The notes under the pieces: model-generated
Seen by the model: only the letters and a program-made list of their open reading frames with translations
Databases searched by the model: none
What the model was told of the DNA's origin: nothing
Position numbers and translations under genes: made by a program
Shown here: positions 27,701 to 36,861 of the stretch, piece by piece
Position numbering within the stretch: the stretch's first letter is position 1
Layout: each line of letters begins with the position of its first letter
NCBI RefSeq assembly: GCF_964355755.1
Contig: NC_092671.1
Coordinates: forward strand, 9,610,001 to 9,674,000
From: Antedon mediterranea
Taxonomy: Eukaryota > Animalia > Echinodermata
DNA length: 64,000 nt
Direction of reading: 5' to 3'

Positions 27701-29821
27701 TTGTGTAAACCACCATTCTGCTATCTGTTAAATGTAGTGAATTAAGCCTTATCTACACTATCAAACTTTATATGACAAAAGAAATGTGATGTGGCCTTAT
27801 ATGGACATGATGATGTAATCTCACTACCATATTTGGGCATATCACACATCCCTTCAAACTAGTTTGATAGTGTAGACAGAGCTTACGATTAGCAGTAGAA
27901 TTAAATATATATTTAAATTTATATTTAATTAAATTTGATTTTTGTTTTTAGTTGCTCTATTGGATTATCCGGTGACCGTTGTGAGACGTGTTTAGATGAA
28001 TATTGCTTGAATGGAGGAAATTGTTCAACAGAAGTAGAAGGTACAATTTGCAGGTAAGGAAACATTTTTAACGACAGTTTTGCGGTCAGTGTTATCTTAA
28101 TTGTGTTTGTTGAATCATTATTTACGTATAGTCACATTGTTGTTGCATAGCGTACATTGTAAAATACCGCAGCAGATCGTTACGAATATAAAGTATCATT
28201 TCAATCAATCCGGTGGTTTGAAAGACATCGTGATAGTACAATGGCATCCACGTTTTAATACAGTCTCATCTTTTAAAAACCTTTTTAGTTGTCCGGAGCA
28301 TTTTATTGGTGACCGATGTGATTCGGTAGCCTGTCCATACAACTACTGTCAGAATGGTGGAACATGTTCGATAACTATAGAAGATCCGGTTCCAGTTTGT
28401 AGGTACGTTTATGAACAGCACCTTAATGCCACTTAGGCTGAAGCTCTTTTTGAGTTGCCTTGATTCGATACTTTTCCAATGTTTAATTCTGAAAGCATAC
28501 CGCATTTGTATTTTCGTAATTATTTCTAATTTTCAAACCAATACTATTTCATCAGAATTTCAATATTATCGTTTTCTTTTTTGTAGTTGTACTGACGATT
28601 ACACTGGAGATCAATGTGAAAACAAAGGTATGTATCGAATCGACTTTTACTGTATTTTTAGTAAACGCTACCGACATTAGGCCTAAGTAGTTTAAAAGAC
28701 TAGGCCTAGAAGCTACAACAAGGATTAAGAATGGGGATTTCAAGTGATTTGAATCTAAAAAGAAAGGTGCTTCAGCAAGCTCCAAAAGTACCATGGAAAT
28801 ATTCATAGAACGGTGCCTTTGTAGCTCACAGAGTGATTGCCTATTCAAACTTGAATTCCATGAAACAGACTGTATGCCAAGGTAGTGCGTACATTTCGAC
28901 ATGCAAATTTCAATGTTGTATTCCTTTTATTTCCAGACACCACTTCAGATAGCCTGCTACTTATTGCCATCGTAGTTGGATCCATTGTTGGATTTATGTT
29001 CCTCTTGATTCTTATGGGATGTTGCTTCGTGTTCTTAATTGGTCGACGTCGCAGAAGACAACACAAGTATGCTAGCAACATCTCCAGCGGCTTTGTCGTT
29101 CGTAACGCTAATCCAGGCGCATTCTTCAGTGCTGGACACGATCCATTTAGAGACAGTGATTCTATATCTGGTAGCTCTTCCATCAACGGCGAGGATAGCA
29201 GACTCATGCATCTTGCCCATGTACTTAGAAATGCTCCACATCTCAATGTAAGTTGATCAACTATTACATAATTTTCCCATAACTTCTCTTAGGCTATGGC
29301 ACACGAATTCATTAGTATATGATACTTTATTAGTAAATGGATACTCTTACTCTCGCAACTTGCAAACAACTGGATATCTTATAGACAGTAACAGCTGTTG
29401 CAAACTAAACTAACATTTATTATGTTTCGCAATATAACATTAAATTATCTTTTTTTTTTCTTAGAATCACATGAGAACGAGAATGTCTGAAACAACAGGT
29501 TCAGTGTCAGATTCAGAATTTATGAGACCGTACCTAGCGACAGGAATGGAAGCAGCGAGCAGTGTTGGGGTAAGTACAAATACGAATATTACTTGACCAT
29601 ACAGTAGGCCTAATTGGAAACAGATTATTAAAATTCTATTGGACCTGTATTAACAAACTGTATTTTTTGTTTCATTTTAGGATGACGAATATGAAAACCC
29701 CGTCAGTCCAACAAGAAAAAGAAATTTCTTATTTCCCGGTGTAGTGCGGAATTCGAACCCCTTTGACAGGCCATCTACCTCTAGAAATGAACGCCGCCAT
29801 CAAAACTATTTCGATTACTGA
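795..29821 (+). CDS. Giant multi-exon MUC4/SUSD2-like (NIDO-AMOP-VWD, EGF-rich, SEA) type-I transmembrane protein, 5'-partial; 53 exons, about 2,890 aa in window
   Basis: GT-AG exons chained by hand with consistent phase: 795-887, 3561-3695, 4085-4336, 4700-4942, 5052-5177, 5337-5645, 5813-5992, 6655-6774, 9619-9741, 9983-10140, 10548-10712, 10986-11153, 11356-11845, 11992-12183, 12448-12567, 12749-12954, 13230-13317, 13500-13694, 14012-14119, 14437-14694, 15549-15734, 16127-16308, 16570-16750, 16860-17006, 17480-17602, 17722-17844, 18166-18411, 18662-18790, 18915-19043, 19216-19338, 19512-19643, 19815-19946, 20114-20227, 20381-20506, 20834-20956, 21046-21288, 21485-21622, 21863-21985, 22235-22363, 22688-22800, 23120-23360, 23691-23831, 24258-24511, 24938-25181, 25532-25613, 27122-27223, 27444-27557, 27952-28053, 28289-28402, 28587-28627, 28937-29247, 29465-29569, 29681-29821 (TGA). 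The lengths sum to 8663 nt (2 + 2887 codons), which is frame-consistent. The first exon starts in phase 1, so the start codon and signal peptide lie upstream of the window. Confidence 0.9.
1692..2776. mobile_element. 1,085-bp non-autonomous DNA transposon (MITE) with 41-bp perfect TIRs
   Basis: The left end ggccctgttcagacccatggcgttagaccgttttagcgtac (1692-1732) is the exact reverse complement of 2736-2776. TA flanks both ends, TIR motifs recur sub-terminally, and there is no coding capacity. Confidence 0.9.
6512..6561. repeat. Perfect 50-bp spacerless palindrome (imperfect extension to about 6494-6578)
   Basis: ataatttgtcaaaaccaagttgtga|tcacaacttggttttgacaaattat. Confidence 0.9.
9041..9308. 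mobile_element. MITE with about 30-bp imperfect TIRs, left tip eroded
   Basis: actaggacaataacgaccgacgataaatag (9041) pairs with ctatttatcgtcgatcgttatcgtcctagt (ends 9296). The right end continues gtaaattgact-tta. Confidence 0.65.
9983..14694 (+). CDS. NIDO-AMOP-VWD block (MUC4/SUSD2/Mesh-type) with GDPH site
   Basis: NIDO motifs GFPYG...[35 protein letters not shown]....M.W and GQWVFRL. AMOP motifs C.EWY, CPCS..Q...D.RY, QCCY, P..YCC and C.LYYERRP..NC..Y.PP. VWD begins [24 protein letters not shown] and contains [16 protein letters not shown]. Confidence 0.9.
13705..13869. mobile_element. 165-bp PIF/Harbinger-type MITE, TTA target-site duplication
   Basis: tta|agcttggttcccactag ... ctagtgggaaccacgct|tta, with an internal hairpin caatcacaagcga/tcgcttgtgattg. 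Confidence 0.85.
14983..15530. mobile_element. Kolobok-like non-autonomous element, TTAA target-site duplication
   Basis: ttaa|agatgtattgtccctttga ... tcaaaggacaatacatct|ttaa. TTAA TSD with AG...CT (RR..YY) termini. A second family member lies at 58111. Confidence 0.75.
15549..22363 (+). CDS. Cadherin/Ig-like linker followed by a tandem array of about 20 EGF/calcium-binding EGF domains
   Basis: NIPPVI...V.ASD.NGD.L.Y...PGATI..GVFSWTP is the linker. It is followed by repeated D(I/V)(D/N)EC...C.N..GSY.C.C..G(Y/F).GDG..C exons of about 114-147 nt (or doubles of 243-246 nt), nearly all phase 1-1. Confidence 0.9.
22688..29821 (+). CDS. Juxtamembrane and C-terminal block: SEA-like, 2xEGF, SEA, 5xEGF, transmembrane helix, cytoplasmic tail
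   Basis: The second SEA has F.GEIRV...[17 protein letters not shown]...[16 protein letters not shown]. The five EGFs have the form C.NGG.C....P.C.C...YTGDRC. TM is [28 protein letters not shown] followed by the stop-transfer GRRRRRQHK. The tail ends QNYFDY-stop at 29819-29821. AATAAA occurs at 29977 and 30787. Confidence 0.85.
25643..25742. mobile_element. Degenerate copy of the 13705 MITE family
   Basis: aacttagttcccactagga...caatgacaagcga...ccatcgcttgtgattggtc...tgcgttgcg.ttacgtc matches 13705-13845. Confidence 0.65.
25849..27073 (-). mobile_element. Non-autonomous Helitron (1,225 bp) in an intron of the mucin-like gene
   Basis: The minus strand reads A|TCTATATATAAAT... at the 5' end and ...ATGGTACGCGAGCGAAGCGAGCGTGCCAT-CTAG|T at the 3' end. 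This gives a 5'-TC, a GC-rich sub-terminal hairpin, a CTAG-3' end, insertion between A and T, and no TSD. Confidence 0.8.
27745..27883. mobile_element. MITE family B copy 1 (TIR agctctgtctacactatcaaact-like)
   Basis: agccttatctacactatcaaact ... agtttgatagtgtagacagagct. The internal sequence matches the copies at 54640 and 55382. Confidence 0.8.
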
Positions 29822-32017
29822 TAGAATAGGATAATATTTTAAATATTTATTTTGGTAATTTTATGTAGACCTTCTCTGGGCATATGTAGTAGAGATATGC
29901 TCATGTTGCTAAAGAATGTGTTCTATTTACCGTAGGCTATTTAATAATTACGAGAGTGTCATAAGTTGCTGTTTCTAATAAAAGTTAGCTTATCATATAG
30001 TACAATACGTACAACTAAGCTGTTTTGGTTTACAGAATCAGGGACGGGACGGGAATGGGAGAGTGAGGGGAGGGAAGCGCCCAACAGCCGATTAGACAGA
30101 TAAGTTTCGCTTCTTTGAAAATAGCAGCTAACAAAGTCAGCTGACGACATACAAGACTCATGTTATGTAGTTCAATTATCTATATTTTTTTACTTTAATG
30201 AATTTTTGTATATTTAGACAATAACGATGTAATGGTGAATGATGTGAGTTGGTAAAGTGTTGCAATACGTTTCAGTAAAGTACAGTGTGTGTACCATCTT
30301 GCCATATGTTTTTGTATTAGGCTTGTTACATTAATCGTAGATTAAATCGATGACGTCAAATATCCTGTATACATTTGCGATACGAATTAACTATATTAAT
30401 GAATAGATGAGCATAATATACGCCCAGTGGGTTGATTTTCTGATTTAATTACAGTTTATATTTGTTGTTTAATCCAATAGAACCTGTCCACAAACAACTA
30501 CGTCTTATAAACGTTTTGAAAGCTTCAGAAACTTTTCAGTCCAAGATTTAGTTTAGTGACTTCCAAGTTCCCGGCGGCTTGAGCCATGGGATACGACTTG
30601 ATGCTAAGTAGTTGATGTAATGAGGGAAGAGTTGATATTGTATAAAGTATTTAATTATGTAATGTATGTTTTGTAATTAATAACTGTATTTAATATTATT
30701 ATATATGTATGGTGGTTATTATATTTTTCTAAAGTTTAGCTGTGTAACTGTGTAACAAGTGTAAATCCTATATGAAAGTTTATTAAAATAAAAAATTGAA
30801 TTTGTGTTAAGTGTATACTGTTCTTCCAAATACGAAAGTACAACAAAACGTAAGAATTGTTGCTATTTAGATAATTATGTCTTAAGGGCAACTTTACCAA
30901 GAACCATATTTTGACAACTATTAGGGATGTACATATGATTTCAGAACAATTGCGAGATTTATATCGCCGTCGCCATAAATTGCTGTGACGTCCAGGATTG
31001 TTATTTATATTACGAAATAAACCATAGGAAAGGTACAAAAATAAAGATGCACAATTTAATGAAATAAATAGGCGCTGTCCGCCTATTCATGAAAGTTCCT
31101 CAAGATAATCTTGCGGTCAAACAGAAAGTTTTCAGAATACTTATGGTTGCACTTTCTTTTAATAGACTTTCTTGCTTTAGGAAAAAACCCCATCTTTTTT
31201 ATAAGCAAATACTGTATAGCAAGGCCAATTTTTTAATACATACAATCAAATACACTCTCTGAACAAGTAATAGCTCAACCGTGGAAGAATCCTCCATTCT
31301 TCAACAAGCAAGGACAGAGCCTGGTAGTACCACAACAAAAAGACCAAACACAAACATTATAGTTTATTAGACTTATTTTAATTGTTACGGTTATAACTAT
31401 AAATTACAGAGTTACTGTATATTATTTACTGAAAAATACAAACATTAAATCAAAACCTGGCTTATGGTTGTTTTTCATGATTATTGATTGCTTTTCTCCC
31501 TGTCAGGGCAAGTGCGTCAAGTACCACATGCTTAACTGATTACTTGAACTAAGAAGTACATGTTCTGTGGGGTGGAAAAGGTTCCGATTTTTAATTCACT
31601 CAGCATTAAAAAAGGGTTACAATACAGATTATACTGGCTCGAAAGACATTTTGCAGATCCTTATCATCAATGCCATTATACAAAACATTTGATGATGTAT
31701 ACAGTACCTAAGTATAGTTTTATTGTAAGCAATTTTTTTATTGGATGAGATTATAACATGAAGGTAAAACCAACATGTAACCTAAAAAAAGTGCATTACA
31801 TACAATGACAAAAAAATAAATAAACCCAGTATTTTTAACATAACATTTTACCTGACCTACCCTTTAATGTATGTCGAGAAATGCAGAGCATTATAACAAC
31901 AAAAAACCAAGCATAAATTTGCACTTATGGTGCCAAATGTAAATATATATCAGTCCATCAATGTTGATATATTTATCACAAACATTTAAATTTACATAAA
32001 AGTGTTTTTATTTTCAT

Positions 32018-33352
32018 TCAACGTTTCTTTTTGTCTTTTCTTCTGCCTTTGTTTTGATTGGAATCTGTGGATCCACCATGCTTTTGCTGACGAGATTTTA
32101 ATTTTGGAATTGATTCTCCAATGTACATCATTATAGATTTTCCTGAATAGTAAATAATAATTATTATATATCACATGTTTAAATTCATGCTATCTGATTG
32201 AGCACTACTATTTATCTATAACACACAATTTTCGATTATTTAGAGTACAGTACTAAAGGCTGTTTCCCACCAAATACATCAATCATCATGAGGTTGATAG
32301 GAGCATTGCGCACAAGAAATGATTTTTTTTAGGGTTTTACTGTCAACACATATAAAAGATGCCTAGCTATCTGAAACTAGCACTGTTAGCAGAGGAGTGA
32401 TCCCTAGGCGGGTAGGTACAGTACCTAATAAATGATGATGGTCAGTGGGTAGATTTCATACATAACCAGTACAGATTTAAAAATCAAAAGATCACTTACT
32501 TGTGGGGTACTGGGCCAACTTAGGTGTGCCATCTTCATTACGCAATTGGATGCGTATACGACCTCTAGGCTCTCGGTTTTGTTCTCTATTGTACAATTTA
32601 TTCTGAAGGGAAAAAAAGAAACAATAACAGTATGTTTTCATTAACAAAAAGGTATTAAAGGGGTAAGTAAGAAGGCGGTGGTGTTAAATATACAATGGAA
32701 AGAACAAAAAAACATTTAACTGAAAATTCACTGTACCTCTACACCAATGGTCATCCCTGCAGCCAAGCATACATCTCTGATTTCATGTGTTGTAGGATTT
32801 TCTACGCATTTTGTCTTGGCTATCTTCCTGCCCTCTACAGCTGATTTTTTACTGTTAACATATGCTGGGTATATACATATCCACCTAGATGGAAAAACAA
32901 CATGATTTACCTCAAAGTATGCATGCCACTAGCTACTACTAGAAGTCACTTCACACTACTACTACTAGTCTAGGCCTACTCTATCTCTAATGTATTAAAT
33001 TAGGTAGTAGGCCTAGATAGTAGGCCTAACTATACTAAAAAAGAATGACTCTAACTACATACAGTATCCTAGCTAGTAATATTATAATAATTAATAGGCA
33101 ACATAAGTATAACAGTATATACCTATACTAATCAACTGGCCTTTACCTACCTAGGCCTAGCATAACTGACCCACCCACCTAAGCAAACAAACAGGTTACG
33201 CCGGGAATCCGTTGCGCCCGCTTGATTTCAACGTAGCGCCTAGGCCTAGCCTACTATAGTCAAACCCATCGAAGGTTTATGAAGTAAGAACAGCATAAAT
33301 TACTTATTACTAACCTTTCTCTTAGCGTATGGTCTTTAGTTAAATGTGCCAT
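32018..33352 (-). CDS. SRP19: Signal recognition particle 19 kDa protein, 4 exons, 137 aa
   Basis: Exons (-): 33352-33315, 32884-32737, 32602-32500, 32142-32018, all GT-AG, 414 nt total. Translation: MAHLTKDHTLRERWICIYPAYVNSKKSAVEGRKIAKTKCVENPTTHEIRDVCLAAGMTIGVENKLYNREQNREPRGRIRIQLRNEDGTPKLAQYPTRKSIMMYIGESIPKLKSRQQKHGG...KGRRKDKKKR. It has the SRP19 signatures ICIYPAY, EGR.I, VENPT..EI, RGR.R.QL..EDG, IPKLK.R and a Lys-rich tail. Confidence 0.96.
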
Positions 33353-33747
33353 AAATACAATTTACAATATAAACAACGATAAACCAGAAAATATGATGTT
33401 TTTTGCAGGGCACTTTTTCAGGGCATACACAGCTGTTTTGACACGCGCGACACGACAATGCGAAAAAAACACAACCGACAATAAACAACGCCCGCATCGT
33501 CAAGTTTTAACTACAGCAGTGTAGTGGTGGTAGGGCTATACCATTATCAACACCAATTCTCAAGAACGGTACCATTGAGAATGTATGTGTATTACCCGCT
33601 TAGATAGTGATGATATTCACAAGCCATTCATCTTCTAAAGATTTGTCAGTTGGGCTAATACATAACAAACAATGTAAGGACATTTTCAGAAATCAATATT
33701 GGAATCAAACAAAATGCGAACATACATGTTGAAGTCTTAAAAGTACT
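33353..33747. promoter_or_regulatory. Probable bidirectional promoter (SRP19 / TMEM169) with a putative non-coding first exon of TMEM169 ending at donor 33747|GTAAGT
   Basis: A short CpG-containing stretch (acacgcgcgacacgac, aacgcccgcatcg) lies just upstream of the SRP19 ATG. There is a consensus plus-strand donor at 33748. The TMEM169 coding exon begins with an acceptor and so needs an upstream exon. Linking the two is inference. Confidence 0.4.
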
Positions 33748-35603
33748 GTAAGTAGTTTTCTTTTTCGTTTCCGTGGTTCTAAGCTAAGAGCTGCTGAAAT
33801 ACGACAATTTTACAATATCTGTTCACATGCGAATTAGGCTAACCATTAAATACAGCATTAGGCCTACTTAAGATAAGCATGGTTCAGACAATAAATAAGA
33901 TTACAAGGTACTCACTAGAATCATAAATGACATTAATTATATTGATTATTTCACGGAAAATGTCAAAATGAGTGTGCTTAATAATAAATTGCAGCGATTT
34001 CTTGATGTAGACCTATATCAATCATTTTTAACTTAAAACCACAACAAGATAAGACTCAACAAGACATTAAACTACCCAAGACCACCACCCCCAATCGCAT
34101 TTTGATTGAAATTATAAGCTTTATATTGAATAATGTTTGTACCTGAAGAGAAACAAATCAAAAACAAACAAATTGTCTAATATTGAATGTAGGAAGGCTC
34201 ATTATAATTAGCCTATGAAGTGGAAAAATACATCAAGTAAAAATTTGTTAAATTGATGCTACTATGTAACTATAAATGAATTAGGTTAATAAAATAATCA
34301 GAATTTTTTTCTACAATAACAAAAACAAATTGACAAATGCAAAATTATGTAACTAGGCTTATCATATTGTCTGTTTATTATTATCGTATGTTTTTAACAT
34401 TTTGATTCTCGAATACAGAAACACGTGTTTTGTTTTCACTTTTTAATAGGCCTATTACACACAATGCATATAAACGTGATATTACACACTGCAGAGCGCT
34501 TGCTAATTTCATTCGTAATAGTTTTAATCTCAGTTTTCATTAATGATAAAGTCAGATATAGTTTTCAAAGTCAACCAATTTCATATGAAATTAGGTATAC
34601 TACAGATAAATGACATGAAACATAGATTCTGTAAGTATATGCGTGTTCTTTAGTTGCCATATAATTCAATTTGTTCTCGATTCATCAAAAAATGATTACA
34701 GCTACCTGCTTGCTTGAGGAAACGGCGAATTGACTTTGTACTCACGTTGTATTCATATAAATATAAAGTAGAGATTGAATACAGCATAACTATTGAATTT
34801 GGCATTGAATAATCGCTTTAATGACCTCAGCAAATGCCCTAAACATGTTGAAAAAGATGCATGATGAATTATAAAACATCATGGTCAATTCTCGTTGTTT
34901 GTGATATCAGCATCATCATTTTTTTTCCATTATTGTTTCAGTTCCTTTTGTTTGCGTGTACAATTTATTTTTATGATTTCTAAAATGTGATTTATAGTTT
35001 CGCAGCATTGTACTTTAAATGTTATTTTTTAATGGTTTGTTTTGATATTGTTTTAACGCATTTTCTTCGACTGTGTATCCAATAAAAACATCAATTACTT
35101 GAGACCAGAGAAGAATGAAATTTCACTCATTGCTTGAGACGAAGTTTATATGATTTTTAGAAAGTTGTATGCATTCTATCATTTTGATGTTAAAAAAATT
35201 TAATGATCAATAGGCCCTAGCATTTAGTCGCATGTAACGCACCTCTACAGCTCACTATGTCGGTCGGTTGGTTATTTTTGATTATATGATTATAATTGAC
35301 AGTATGTCTGGTTTATAATTAGATTGGCCAGGTCTATATTATTTATATCTTATCGCTTATCTATATCCAAATAAATTTAAAGTTTTAAGTGAAAATATCG
35401 AATTTCTATCTTAAATGTAAAATTATGACCTTATTTAGACTGAATGCAAGAATAACCTATTCATGTATTTAATTCAAATTTAATTCAATTCAAATAAACA
35501 CTTATTTCATTCATTTTAAAATTAAAATTAATACATTATAAATTCTGAGATTTTCTTTTTGAGAAAAAACAAATATAATATCCAAAAGTATCATCAAATA
35601 CAG

Positions 35604-35634
<31 letters not shown>

Positions 35635-36737
35635 CATTTCATCACATACATAATACAAAATTAATATATAAAGGCATCAAATACAGTTCTTATCTATCAT
35701 GACCCACATTTATTAAATTAATATAAGATAGAAAAATCATAAAAAATTACAATAGAAAGAAAAACAATGGAGAATATTAACTATGTACCAGGACAATATA
35801 TCGTTTGTTTTTATTATTACAACAGAGAGTTGACTCACCACTTTGCAGAGATATTCAACTAAACATGGAGAAATAACTAATGTCTTAATTTAAGGAGTAC
35901 ATTCGTGTTTGAAACGAATATCAAATTATGTAAACAACTTTTTTCACATTAACAAGATGCCTTTATTTTTCATTAAAGCGGGGAAGGAACGTCAGATTGT
36001 CATGCAATTTGCTGTGGTTAATATTAACCATGTGAAATATGTAATATTGAATTGTGTTTATTTCCAGATTAATTTTGTTTTAGTTTTTAATTTTAATAAA
36101 TTTCACGGTTTTTTAACGGTAAGAACAATTCTATATAACAATTTAAGGCTTATTAATACGACATCGGATGTTTTTAGTGACATTTTAATATGGTCACAAT
36201 TTTTTTATTTTTTTTCCATTTATTTATTTTCCACACATTGTACAAAATACAACAGATATTTATATGTTAGAAAAGAAAAAAAGAGGACAATGTGTGAAAA
36301 GAGAAAAATAAGTAATAATTACTTAGGCATTGACCACCTAAAGGCAGCTGTCGACATGACAAGTAAACTAAAAACTATTTAAAATTGACAAAAACAAATG
36401 AATTATTTTCAATTAGATTTCGGCAATAGAATTAAACGATAGTAGTTAATTTCCTTCTTGTTTCAGGCACAAACAACACATTTTCATTGAACCATAATCT
36501 TTAATTATGATAGATAAGAGCTATGATTGACTTCAAGCAATAAATATTATATTTATTACAGCATAGAAAAAATTTTAAATTTCCAAAAATATTCCGAGAT
36601 CCAATATTAAATGATAAGTGATTTCTCCCACACACTACATGTTTTATATCAACTGGCTGTAAATGGCCGGTACATCATTATTGATTACTGTTATTAACAG
36701 TCATATAACATATTGTATTTGACGGCATAAAAAATGA

Positions 36738-36818
36738 ACCTACAACCTACATACCTTCCTACCTACCTACCTACTGTACCTACCTACTGTACCTACCTAC
36801 CTACCTACCTACCTACCT
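36738..36818. repeat. (CCTA)n microsatellite abutting the minisatellite
   Basis: cctacaacctacataccttcctacctacctacctactgtacctacctac... Confidence 0.85.
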
Positions 36819-36861
36819 AATATCGCATACTCTTTCTATTCTCTCTGCCTAACATACTCCT

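Noticed and set aside
35909-36382. 157-aa ORF and other short AT-rich ORFs between 30 and 61 kb (e.g. 45468, 49112, 49163, 53165, 55258)
   Set aside because: Low-complexity F/I/L/K/N composition typical of random AT-rich DNA or MITE sequence, with no recognisable domains and no consistent exon chain.
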